This document shows, in pieces, positions 27,985 through 40,572 of a DNA stretch of 64,000 nt (within the stretch, counting starts at the first letter, position 1; each line of letters starts with the position of its first letter). Source of the DNA: Euprymna scolopes. Taxonomy: Eukaryota. Position numbers and translations under genes: made by a program. Under the pieces are notes generated by a model. It was not told where the DNA came from. It searched no databases and was given only the letters and a program-made list of their open reading frames with translations. The stretch lies in assembly GCA_053919585.1 (NCBI GenBank), contig CM132786.1; one strand, given 5' to 3'.

Positions 27985-29621
27985 CCACGGAATAATTGTG
28001 GAGGTCCGACCAGTTTCATTCCAGTGCCTACTTGAACCCCTGTAATGTGAGCTAGTTCACGACCGTGGAAGCTTGTTCCACGGAAATACTACCTGAACGT
28101 AGGAGCTGCTTGGTGCCATAGCCACTGGCACTGTTTAAGGCAGATCCTTTTTTGCGCCCTCATGGAGCCCGCAATCCAGGACAGGGGAGAGAAAGAGAAC
28201 CCGCTCCAGCTGGAACCGTCTAGGGACGATGTTGTAGCCGAAAATGAGGTCGCCTCGAACCCTCCTGTGTCCACTGGAAAATATTTACATCTCTTCAACC
28301 TTGTTCATTGGAAAGATATTTGAGATCAGCTTCCATCCTGGTCTCCAGTTGCTTAACGCGTTTGTGATGATGAAATTCCTTCATGTAATAGAGGGCTTTG
28401 GCATGAGTACTATATTTGAGATTTGGGCGCAACACGGGTGTGTAGAGAGTAAGGACGGTTTAGGGAGATAAACGACGAAATGTGCTGCGCATTTGGAACG
28501 GACAACTCATGGGCTTTTTAGTTATGAATATGCAGTGGTAAGAAGGCTAATAGGTTGAAGGAACAATCACTCTAAGATCCTTGGTCTGACTGGCAAATTC
28601 CAGCAGTCAGTCATGTGTTTTTCACTTAAGGAGGAATAGGGGATTCCGAACGACTGCGATGTGGCTGCACTTGGCGATGTTTAAACTCTAGTACCAGTCC
28701 AATGACCATCTCCAAACTTCATGAAGGTAATGTCTGATGTTTTCATAGTCGCCGCTGTCCACGAAAAATTTGACAGCATAGGCAAACATAATGGAAAACT
28801 GAGATAAGACCAGAGGAAAGTCATTGAGAAGATGAGAAACAATAGGAACACGATTACTTAGCCCTGTGGAATACGTGTTGTTGCAGTGCATACATTGGAA
28901 AAACAGCCGTTCACATGAATTCTGATGGTTCGACACACGAAGAAGCCGCCGGCTTACAAGTAAACATCTAGAAACCAGCCTATATAGTAAAAACAAATGA
29001 AGAATATAAAAGTATAAACAGTGTCACTAGTAAAATAACTTCGACCGTTTATAGGTTAGACCGAAGAAGAACTTTAGGAGTTCGTCGAGAATACCTGGCC
29101 AATAATTGTCCTGAAGGGATAATACTAGGTTTAGTAGACTATCGACATTGATTCAAAAATAGAATTCGAAAAAACAAATACTGCAGAACACTGAAAAGAT
29201 GTTCATGGAACAAAGAGGCGTGATGAGAAATAGAATACCATTAACAGAGTCGAAAGCTTTGGCACACTCCAGAAAACCAGTGTCTGCAGTGTCTCCCTTG
29301 TTCTTTATACTCGAAGCCTATCCTCCATAACGAGGATTGTTCGTTTGCAGTGAGTGATATAAGGACTCGTTTTATATCCTTTCTGTCAAACTCACTTTAG
29401 GGCATACGTGGGGCGTAGTTACTAAACAGCTGCTTTTCTATGGCATACTATGTACTGAAGATTATTAAGTAGGTTTCTGCGAATACGCAGATTGCTCAGT
29501 AGGATCTTCAACAGTCGTTTGATATATCTCTAAATTGAAAATGTGGTTCTTCTATTGGAAATATAGAAATGAAGGTTTTGAGTTTCGGTTAGCGTCGTTA
29601 TCTATATGATCTTCGAACTAC
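27985..29621 (-). mobile_element. Canonical CR1 LINE, 3' half (EN-RT linker, RT, C-terminus), old and decayed
   Basis: Colinear remnants: FEDHIDNDANRN (29585-29618), NKGDTADTGFLECAKAFDSV, RIPQG*VIVFLLFLIF, NDFP..MFAYAVKF, WRWSLDW.LNIAKC, RRVRGDLI, PWNKLP. These are canonical CR1 motifs, distinct from the Zenon-like copies. Confidence 0.85.
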
Positions 29622-29769
29622 TAGACAGGTGCCTAATGGCACAATTTTAACTTTTTGGCAACTTTTTGGAGATTTACAATCCTATACATTTTTGGAAAGT
29701 GTTTTGTCTCAGGAATCAAAAAGATCAATGCAAGCATTTTACCAGAGGCGTATATAACGGGTCTATTTG

Positions 29770-30010
29770 ATTTACAAAATGGCCGCCGTAATATGTACGT
29801 TTTGTAATATCCCGGCTTCCAAAAAAGCTGGAACACTGATTTTAACTGTTAAACCTAGATTTTCAAGACCTAGAAAGCCAATGGCGGTAGTTATAAACAA
29901 TATTCATGTGTATATGGCAGTCATATGGAAATTTACAAAATGGATGCCGTAATACGTATGTTTTATAATTTCTCCGCCTCTAAATAATCTGGAACACTAA
30001 TTCTAAATGC
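29770..30010 (+). repeat. Academ subterminal tandem repeat (~161 bp period, ~1.5 copies)
   Basis: ATTTACAAAATGGCCGCCGTAATATGTACGTTTTG at 29770 recurs as ATTTACAAAATGGATGCCGTAATACGTATGTTTTA at 29931. Confidence 0.9.
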
Positions 30011-31482
30011 TGCATGCAAGTTATCATTTAATCTTTGGTACCCCTCATAGAAACAGATCATCTACAATATGGGTAGGAAACCACCAATCCTAGCAGTTAG
30101 TCAGATATTTATTCAGTTATTTTTATTGTAAATACTTTTAACTGTAAACTCTGCATATGTGTACAGCCATATTAAAAATAATGAGATATTTGATTACAGT
30201 CTATGCATAATTATAATCAAAACCATTATCAACATCATTTTATTTTACAACACAGCTTGGAAATCTTCATCGTTTTCACACTGGCTGATGCACCGACACA
30301 TGTCAGTACACGCTAAGTCTTTTGACCTATCGGAGCATCTGACAGAAGAAGAGGCAGATATACATTTGCATGTAACCATCTAAAGGATGGCATTACGTGT
30401 TGGGAGGACCTCTGTTGTAATTGGTTTAAGGATGCCATCCAATTGTTTGAAGTACACATTTTGCAGGGAATCCAGTTGTTAAAGCTGCATAACAATAGAT
30501 GAGTGTGGCTATACATTTGTTTGGACAGGTCATGTGAAAATATGCTGCTTTAGAGCTCCATGTGTATGAAAGAACATGTCACTTGTTGCCCTATGCTTTC
30601 AGAACAAATGCCATCACCGTCCAGGCATTGGTTTGATGTTGATACCTTTTGGCGAGTAAGCTGAACATACAAAGGAGTCCAGTGTTGACATCATTCCGTC
30701 TGTCACTTCTGCTTCATTCATAAGCATTTGCAGAGCATTTACAGTATATTTATCTGATTTGAAGTTGTTCTAAAGCCAGGTTGTCTTCCATATACGGGAG
30801 AACCTCCCTGTGTTGTCGGCTCCAGTGAACGCAGGAAGGCTGGCAAAGCCTTTGCTCTTTCTTTACCTAGAAAGGTACGTATTTGTCAGCAATACGTCAT
30901 AGTTTGATGTGAGTTGCATCAAAACTTCTGTATATGGGGAGAAAATACTGACTGTCCATCAGGTCGGATTCGCTGTGAAGCCAGCACAGCCTGGTGGATC
31001 ATCATCGTCTCTGCTTTCTCGTGGTTATTTACTTCAAAGACCAGGTCTTTGTGGTCCTTAGTGCATCCGGGAGCAGATGTGATTGTCAGCTTGGATGATC
31101 CCCTGTAGTATTCTAGTATTTGGGCAGCAGAATCGTTTTGTGTTAATGCCATCTCTTACTGTATACTGACCAGAAGATTTTCCTTGTCTTCGTTTTTCTC
31201 TGGTTGCACACTTCAAAGAATCTGCTCGGTATGTGTGAAAAACGAGGATGATTTTATCATAATCTCGTATTAGTTGCATCAGCCTGTAATTGAAGCGGCT
31301 ACTCAGATCCTTGACTGTCACCAGACGCACTGGTTTCTTGCTCAGCCTCTGCACAAGCGCCATGCCATCAACCAGTGCGATATTCCGACTTGGCTGATCA
31401 GTGGATGTGTCTCTGCAAATTATGTATCCGTTTCATCTTGGTTAGTAGAACTTCGAGCTAGATGTGACTGGGTTTCATTGGG

Positions 31483-33457
31483 TTTTTTTTACATAGGCAT
31501 CACCACTTATCAAGGTCAAGAGGCCACTCATGGATTAGGGTTACAGAGTGTACAGTAGAAATTGGACAATATAGTAATCATTAGTAATGAAAATTTGGAA
31601 AATTTGATAACTTATCTAGAACGGCTCATCAAGAACTTATTTACGTTAGACTTGAACACAACCATATTGTAGTCAGCCGGAAAGCAGGAAAGCAGAAGAC
31701 CATTCCACAGGCGTGCAGTTCTAAGAAAGAAGCTCTGTTCATGGAATCTAGGTTAAGGTTTAGCCACGGATAAAAAGTGGGGGAATTATTGATAGTGTGT
31801 ACCGCTAGACGAGTGTTTCTTGTAAAAGTTTGGCGAGGGTGGGCATAGATTGAAGCTCAGTCGAACACTTTCCATGAAAATAACGATACATCAGAGAAAA
31901 ACGCGCAACATCTCTTCTGTGAGATAGATGTTGCAAGGAAGAGAAAAGGACATCCTCTACGAGGCTACGAAATCTATTTTGAACTCTATCAAGGCAGGCC
32001 AAGTCCTTTCTAGCAGCTCCTGCCCAGATGTGGCAACAGTATTCCATCCTTGGACGTACCTTGCTCTTATATTGATAGAGAATAGCATCAGCAGTAAGAT
32101 ATTTACCGGATCGATAGAAAGGTCCTACCATTTTTCCAGCGGCCTTGGCAACAGAATTGATGTGCGTGTTCCATTTAAGATCAGGAGTAAAGGTCAAGCC
32201 CAGAAGCTTGTCTAAACTTAAGTCCTCCTGAAGACGAGTGGCATTCACTTCAATTGATGCCATACATGGATCAGAATGTTGATGATGTAAAGAGAGAAGC
32301 TTGGTTTTAGATGCATTAAAAGTAACCAGCCACTTTTTCCCCATGGTAATACGTGCTCAAGATCAGAGGAGAGAGAATTGGAGAGAAATTGGTCGGTTAC
32401 TGTCTAAAATGTTCTACCATAGATGGTAGTGTCGTCAGCATTAATGTCTACTAATGATGTAAGGATGTGATTTGGAAGATCATTAATGTAGATCAGGAAA
32501 AGAGTTGGGCCCAGGATGGACTCCTGAGGGACACCGGCATTAATACTGTGATCTTCTGATTTTTGCCCCTCAACTACTACTCTTATGAACCTATCAGAAA
32601 GAAATGATTTTATAATTTAGAAGACATTTCCAGCTATACCATAGCTAGAGGTCTTATGAAGTAAACCTTTATGCCATACCCTATCAAAGGCTTAAGATAT
32701 GTCAAGAGCAATTGCCCTAGAAAGGTTGCCTCCGTCGAGAGATTTGCTAATCCTATGAGATATGACTTTAAGCACATCTGCTGTAGATCTAGCAGAACGG
32801 AAAACGTATTGAGTGTCACTAAGAAGGTTATTTTTGTTGAGATAATTGATTACTTCTGTATTTAACAAAGATTCCAGCAACTTACTCATGACGCACAGGA
32901 GACTTATTGGCCTGTACTGAGAGGGGGATTAGCGATCACCTGAATTCTTAAATACAGGGCATACTGATGAAATTTTCCAGGGAGATAGGAAGCAATTCTC
33001 CTTAAGGCAGCGTTTAAACAGTTTTGTAAGTATGGACGCTTGTTCAGGTTGAAGTTTTTTTTAGTACTATAATTGGAATACCGTCAGGGCCAGTTGCTTT
33101 ACTGGAATCAAAGATTTTTATTAGCTTGGCAACATCACGTACAGATATACGTATATCATATAGCGTGTTTTCTTATACAGGAGGAAATATTGGGGGTTTG
33201 CGACCTTGGTCGCAAAGGGTAGAATGAGCTGCAATGTTCTTGACAAAGAGTTTGGCTTTGTCTGATGCTGACGAGATTACCTCAGGTCCATTGATAATAG
33301 TTGGGATGGAGCACACGCTTTTGTTCAGGATTCTGTTTGCTATTTGCCAAAACTGGTGGGAACCAAGCCGCTGTTCAGCTACTTTGGACTTAACAGATTG
33401 AGCATACAACTCTCTTGCGTTCTTTATTACTTTCTTACAGTGGTTGCTCGCAGTCCT
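31483..33457 (-). mobile_element. 5'-truncated CR1-Zenon-like LINE inserted inside the Academ ORF
   Basis: A8 tail at 31483-31490, conserved 3' motif CATGAGTGGCCTCTTGACCTTGATAAGTGGTGA, RT with NADD variant and YKSKVRPRMEYCCHIWAGA. Academ reading resumes on both sides (IHLLQKPTREG; ALVQRLSKKP). No clear target-site duplication. Confidence 0.93.
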
Positions 33458-36400
33458 GCCTTCTCTTGTCGGCTTCTGAAGTAGATGGATTAACTTGGAC
33501 TTATCTTTACCTAGCAGTGTTGTTCCATCTAAGACAAACAGTGCTCTTTGTGTCAGTGTTAATTCCCGGTTTCCTATGGCCTCTTTCTGCTTGATATGGC
33601 AAGTATTATCAGCTTTGCAAACAAGTCCTTGATCTCCTTCAGATCCACAGTATTGTCTCTGAATCCACTGTAATCTTTCTTCTTGTTCCCGGAAAGGAAC
33701 ATCTTGTTGTGCTCTTTCTTCACAGGGGCACACAGACTCTTATCTCCATTGATCCGCTCTGACACGAAATCGTTATACAACTTATGTCTAGTTATATTAA
33801 CATTCAAGATATCTGGTACATCTCATTTGGGATGTAGGCATTAGTGATCACATTGTACATCTTTCCCCCGTTATTGCTAAAGGGTTTTCCAAAAGCTGAG
33901 TATGGCTTCTTTCGTCTTGTCGACTGTACTATGTACCCTGTTTACTGCTCTTGGTCAAAGTTATGATGCTCTGTGATTCTGTCAGCTTCCACGTCACACT
34001 GACTCTTGAACTCTTTTGACATACGTTAAAGTTCTTGTGTGGACAGAAAAAAATCTTTGTCTGACATTTGCATTGTTGGAGATGTTTATGATGCGAGAAC
34101 TAGTCAACATCAACATGATCAGGTGTTCACATGCATTATCTCCCTCAACAGACACAAAAGGAATGATAATTTGCGTGACTGATATATTGCCTGCTCGTAA
34201 TGCCTCCTATGTCTTAGGGTGATTGGTCCTCAAGTCATGCATATCTGCGATGTATCTTGCAAGAGTCGCTTATACGTTGATGGGGTTTATAGAAATGAGC
34301 ATATTGATCAATGCTTCTCCAGCTTGTAGATAGAGTTCTAGGTCAGCATTCCGAGTTGCTGCCACAAAGAGCAGAACTGCTTCGACACAATCTAGGTTCC
34401 TCATCATTGCCTTGAACGTTGCATTCTGGGATTTCCGTATCTTCCATTTTTGAAATGTTGTGATGGCCTCAGCAGGGACCAATGCTTCCTGGAGGTTCCT
34501 ATTTGTTTGCTTCACGGATTCAGCTGTCGTGCTATATCCACAGAGCAGCCAACTTCTACTCCTGTTGCTGTCAGGCATTCATCTTTCAGTTGTGGGTTAT
34601 CCTTGAAGACCACTTCCAGTGCCATTACATAGACTGATATGTATGAGTAGATATAGGCATGAAGAACTCGCTTGTAGTGTCTGCATTTCAAACATTGCCT
34701 TGTCGGGACAGGACCATATACACCTGCTGCCACCCAGGAATCATCTATGCCTGCGTTGTACATGGAGATATGCAGTTTACCCGGTCTGGGAAAAACGATT
34801 TGTTTTAAGTCAGGTTTAGCATGTAGGAACTGACCAACCCTCTCATATAGAGCTATGTCAAAGGTAATGGGTATGTGGTGGCCTTCCCAAAGTGCCAACT
34901 TCCTCAGCTGGTTTGCTTGTACGATTAAAGTTAGCAGATTTGACCACTCGTGTGCCACCTCAGGAAGTAGTGGAAAGGCCCCAACATATGTACAGTGAAG
35001 GTTTCAGACAGCAGTGAGTTGTATCATGTCCATCCTTGAATATTACTGAATGTTTACCGAGGTTTAATTCTGGATAAAGTAGATTAAAACACCCATTTAA
35101 TCTGTGTCAGCTGATAGGATCATGAACTCCCCTGGTCGATGGCAAACTGTTCTGACCTCTTTATAGCATGTGGTTTTGGCTCGTTACGGTTTAGCATGTC
35201 TACATTATAGAGTGTGACTGATATACTCTTTGCATCACCTATGATCAACGGTTCTACAACAGGTTCTTTAGAAGGATCAACGTTCTACTACACTGACGTG
35301 ATAGTTCCGTGGGTCGTTCCGTTTCCATCCTGACTGTCTTCTGCTAAAACTGTGTTACCTACCGTGAAAAACACAAATGTCCACTTCTTCATGGATGGTG
35401 GTACATAGAGGACTTGGTATGCGCTGGTGTTTTCTAAAAGAGCAGTTGCCAGAACAGTTTCTATGAGCAGGACACGGAGATGTAAAATAGCGTAGCCATG
35501 AGCATTGAGAATATTCAACAGCTTCTTGTTCTGTGTGTTTCATTGTGGACAGTCAGTGTCAGTTTCAGAACCTAAGAGTTTCCTCGTGTACGAGGTGACT
35601 TTAATGGTGATATATTGCTTGGTTTGTTACTTACCTGTTTATTGAATTTGAACCCATACATGATATTCTGGCTAATCATCAGTGTTAGTCGGTCAACATC
35701 TGTGGTTTTCATTAGAAGTTCAAGCTTGTCAGCAGACCCAACAATTATCCAATCGATTAAGTATAATTCAGCTAGAACATCGTAATTGTCACTAGAAACC
35801 TTAATGCCATTTCTTTCCTTGGGCTTTTTGAAGGTTGCAATGATTTTCCTTATCACCTGTGCTGCTTTGTAAATTGTGTTCATGCTGCTGACCTCCTTCT
35901 TACCATTTTCATAGAGGTATTAACCATGTTCTTTTTACACGTATATGGAGAGTAGAGGGCAGTTCCCTTCCTTATGTTTGGTTCAACAAGATTCAGGTGC
36001 TGCAAATAAGTAAGAAGTATTTCTTTCTGCCATTTTGTACTTAATACAGCTACATGAAACTTCCGAACTAAAAATATTAACATAAGTCATTTAAATATCA
36101 TTCATCCCAACGTATGATTTATTTATTTGTTTCTACATACATAAGATTTATCAGCTCAAGCACACTCGCCTTTTGTTGAAAGGGAGCTTCAGCAGTTTTG
36201 CTAGCGTAAGTATGTCGGATAGCATGTAACACATTTTTGGTCCAGCAAGCTTTGTGCTATAGGGCATTAATTTAATGTGCATCACTTTGTGTTCACTCTA
36301 GCTTTCAGTGAAGAATTACGGGGCCTTTATACAGCATCATTGAGATGTGTACCTACATTCTCAGTACCGATCTGGTACAGATGTTGGTCAATGTCGTTTT

Positions 36401-37249
36401 AGCAGAGAAAGCACGCTTTCTTTTTCCAGTAGACTTGTATTTGATTGTGTGAATGGCAATGCAGAATTATATGTAGAGGGGTATGGAGCAGCCTCTTCCG
36501 TGCTTCCTCATTTCTGATCAGGCTGTTTGGCAGTGTAGTGTTCTGTAGCTAAAGCCTCTGCGTTGGCACCTCCTTCAAGTTGGCACCTTCTTCAAGTTGT
36601 ATTTCAATTTTGTTAGTTGCACTCGAATCACACGAGCGATGCATCACACATTGATTCTGGTGAGCAGTTCTGCAGTCAACATGTGACTTGGAAATTGTTC
36701 CCAGAATGAAGACTAGTCCTCTCTCGAATTACCTTCAGTACGAACCCGTAGGACTCTAATCGAGGATGATGCACAAAACTGATTTATTTTTATCATCAGA
36801 CTGGCAGAGAATGCACTGCTTCTGGTTAATGGACTTTTGGTTTGACATTCCCCTCTCTACGTTGCGACTCATCACCCATGCTTTATCTATGAACACTGAG
36901 AAAATTACAATAATGTTAGGATAACAAAACAAAAACTACATGTATCATTATTAAATTAACAATTTGAATTGGTGATATAAAAGCAAGATATTTTAGGAAC
37001 AGCTGAAGTATGAATCATAATTGATACATATTCTTTATTACAAAGATATTGTAATAAAACTGCATACCAGTTTGAACCCAGTTATGTATCTAAAGGTTAA
37101 TGCTTAAATAGTGTGCTTTATAACTAGCAGAATTGGCTTCTCTGAACCTGAAAATATACGGTTAGTAGTAAAAAGCAGTGTTTCAGCTCATTCAGAGCTC
37201 AAGATATAACAAAGCGTACATTTTAAAGCGGCCATTTTGTAAATTAAAT

Positions 37250-38675
37250 CACAGAAGACATTGGTATACACTGAGTATGGAGATTACTGATTACATGGAT
37301 TCTTAAATACAGGGCATACCAAGGGTTTTTTTCCAGTGTTGGGAAGCTATTCCCCTTAAGACAACGCTTTAATAGCTTAGTAAATATAAGACTTTGTGAT
37401 GGTTGTAGCGTTCTAAATACTGTGATCTGAATGGCGTCAGAGCATGTGCTTTATTGTAATGATTTCTAATAAGCTTGGCAACATCACGCAGACATGTTTT
37501 CTGTTACAGTAAGAAATACGGGGGAGGGCAGCCTGGATCAAATAGGGTAGAATTAGCTGCAAAGTTCTTCTCAAAGAGTTTAGCCTTGTTATGCTGACCA
37601 GATTACATCAGTTTTATTGATAATGATTGGTTGAGAACACACGCTTCTATTCAGGACCCTGTTTACTATTGGCCAAACCCGGTAGGTATCAAGCCGATGC
37701 TTAGCTACTTTGGACTTGACGGACTGAGCATTTGTTACTACTGCTGGCAGTCCTGATGGTGGCTTCAGTCTCAGTACATCTATTATGTTGGAAGCAATGG
37801 AAAAAGTGAGTTCTGTGTGCTATGGAAGCAGCATATTCTAGAGAGAACCGCGGCTAGTTGTGAGATTGTTGCTAGAATTCTTGAGGGTATGAAGCGATCT
37901 ATACCTATAATTTACCACTCTACCAAATCTGATACAATAGAGGACACATTTTTTAAACATTGAACCCAGATGTGAATCAGATATACGTGTACGGAAGATA
38001 TCCCAGTCAATTATAGAGTCTCGATATATTGTACGATGGGGAGGTACGTCTGAGTACGTATAACATTTCGTGTTCATATTAACTGCTACAACTGAGTGGT
38101 CGGAAGATCCAGTTGAGACAGAACGTAAGATGAACATACCTCAGGCAAATTGTGAGAAAAATTAATAGAATACTTGTTTATTGACAATCGGTTTCGGGCA
38201 CGCGAATGGATTCGTAAATAATCTGAGTGAGGTTATAAACAATAGGGAAATCAGGACAGAATCTCCCCCAATCATCTTTCTTGTTTGAGTTGGTCAACTA
38301 TTCCACATTGTGGAAATTGAAACTTCAAAGGTAAGAATATTATTCCAATGTGAAAAAGATAGGATTTTGAACATTTTCTCAGATATGCTATTTCAGATAT
38401 AAAATCTCCTGTTGTGGAGGCGATAGAAGGCAAATAAACCCGAGTGGTGTAAGAAAGTGCAACCTGAAAGCACATATACGATAAAAAGGGTCTTCCCTAG
38501 AGATGGCCCTAACATTCCAATAAATTAAGAACTCATCTAGTAGAAATAGTCGGTCCAACCTCAGTTACGCTTAGAAATAATAGGTCCGGTGTAGGAACGT
38601 AAATTCCTGATGTTGGGGAAGAAGTCATGGTAGTGAGTGTACTCGTTGGAAGATGTATTTCTAGGTGTATTCGTA
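37250..38675 (-). mobile_element. CR1-Zenon-like LINE 5' fragment (EN to start of RT), 3' half missing
   Basis: Homologous to ~17920-19520: MCFQVAL, GSSDHSVV, NFAANSTL, CPVFKN. Ends at the QYRPISLL region, directly abutting the truncated Academ repeat. Confidence 0.88.
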
Positions 38676-38679
38676 TATT

Positions 38680-40570
38680 TTTACGGGATGATTTTTATGT
38701 ACCTTTTTCGTGACCCACGGCATGATTTTTCCTAGGTATTGTAAGGTGTGTGATCAAAGCAATTGCGTGTATTGAAGCTTTAAGATATCTTTGACTGATT
38801 TACATGAGCCCATTGCCCACAAATCAATAATTTTTGCCGCATCAAGAATATATGGAATAGTTGTGATTAAGAAGTCACGTCGTATCAGGTCGGATGGGTA
38901 AGGCAGCGAGAAACTGGGGAGCATACTGAAGATCAGGGCGCAATTTTATCCAAACCTAAAGGCGGAAGAATAATGATGTTTGAGTCAGATCGAAGTTGTG
39001 GCTTAAAAATCGGATCAAGAGTCGATGGTCGATTTCCATAGTGAAAGCGGGGGAGGGTGTTCTGATGCTGGAACAGGAAGACATCACCTAACACCTACAA
39101 AAAAACTTTGTTCGAGGGCAAATTCTGGGGCATACAACAAATTCCGAGCGCATTTAAATCACTGATTATAAGAGGATCGTCAAGCGTTCAAGAAGTTATC
39201 TCATTGGCAGCCAATACATGCTTATTGTCAGTAAATTAAGGTTTTGGAGATAGCGTAACTGAATCGACACTAATGTGGCAAAGTACATCATCATAATTAG
39301 TCATCTTGCAGGCATCTGAGGTGGGAGGGACATCGGGCTGTTTAGAGAACACCACTTCTACACGATCTATTTATCATATCTGAAAGCAGAGGAGTCCCGT
39401 AAATTCATTTCAGCCTCATGGACAGCATCGTGTAACCATTCTTCTGTGATGAGGACAATCTCAGGAGTGGCTTGATCGACTCGGTCGTAAAACGGCGAAT
39501 TTCGATAGGATGTGGCATAAATTGCCGTAGAGTACGGTTATTGACTCCTCTGATGCTTGACGAGGGCTGCGAATTGGCCTCACAATAGATAGGATGTTGT
39601 GTAGACCAACCCTGGGCTAAACTGAAAGTTCGAATTTTTTACCTGGCAAGCTGACACCATAATTATATGGATAACAGATAAGACTGAACGATTTGCCTAT
39701 GGCGAATCTTTAGGAATTTTTCGTTCCTTTGCCGCCTTGCATTGGGCTCCTCTAAAAATTTGCGATGTCGAACTCTCTTTTACGGGGAATAGTACCTCCG
39801 AAGATTTAGGGGTAGGTACTTATATGATGACTTTGTCGTCTTGAGGAATGTATCAGCTTCAGCAGAGGTGGAAAATATTTAAGCGATCTTGTTTTGGGAA
39901 TGAGATCGAGTGATTCGTCTGAATTATCTATTCGTAAAAACTTGCAGCTTTCAAGAAAATGACTCGTACCTGACAAGATAGATTTAATGATATGGTGAGT
40001 GGATTTTATGTCAAGGGGTAGCACATCTACTGGCGATTCTGTGGCGAGCTACGACAGTCTAGAAAAATAAACTGTATCAGTGAGTGAGGGAAACTTCATC
40101 ATATGACCACCATTTTTAGATGTTTGTCTAGGTTTTTTAAGGCATAGCTATTAACGGCATAAGTTTTATCGTTAGGGGTGAGGCAACATTAGGATAGGAA
40201 GTAAAGGTGTTGTGACAGGCTTTCCCTTATTGGTTCTACTCTTGGTTTGTTATATGAAAATTTGGAGACTCTGAACAAAGTATACCACTTTGAATCATTG
40301 GTAAAGATGACCCACAGGCCTTCACGATGCATTTGCTTGATTCATTAAAGGGATAATTCGTAACTGGTTGTTGGATTTGGCTAGTTTGATTTCTTTGGAT
40401 ATGCGCCCAATGAGTTTAAAGTAGGTGTAAGGTTGTGGCCATTTGAGGGTAACGCAAGGTTTTTCACTAGTTTTGTTATTTCTTTCGTGCAGTTTTTAAT
40501 TCCATCAGTCAATTCTTTGCAAGCACCCCCCGACTTCTAAAGCGAACGAATTTTGAGTGGAATGACGAGG
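38680..40570 (-). mobile_element. Canonical CR1 LINE, 5' half (ORF1 C-terminal region + APE endonuclease), decayed
   Basis: KFLEEPNARRQRNEKIPKIRHRQIVQ (ORF1 end-like, ~39685-39765); PEIVLITEEWLHDAVHEAEMNLRDSSAFRYD; PLIISDLNA; RFHYGNRPSTLDPIF; LPPLG; PWVTKKVHK at ~38695-38722. The ORF1 portion is less certain than the EN. Confidence 0.75.
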
Positions 40571-40572
40571 AT

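Larger units (their letters stand above)
29622..37249 (-). mobile_element. AcademX-type DNA transposon (Academ transposase + XPG/FEN1-like nuclease + Cys8 finger), decayed, right end truncated
   Basis: Left terminus begins TAG at 29622, where CR1 homology stops. Subterminal repeats at 29770-30010 recur inverted at 37150-37249. Coding remnants from ~36879 down to ~30260: KQCILCQ; TFVFFTVGNTVLAEDSQDGNGTTHGT; ITFDIALYE...RPGKLHISM; HYKRVLHAY; NNHEKAETMMIHQA and FTGADNTGRFSRIWK (XPG-like); CKC...CS...CTDMCRC...CEN (Cys8). This domain set and TAG...CTA termini define Academ. Confidence 0.85.

Noticed and set aside
33173-33733. 186-aa ORF as a novel fusion protein
   Set aside because: It is a chance read-through across the Academ/Zenon junction at ~33457, and both parents are frameshifted nearby.
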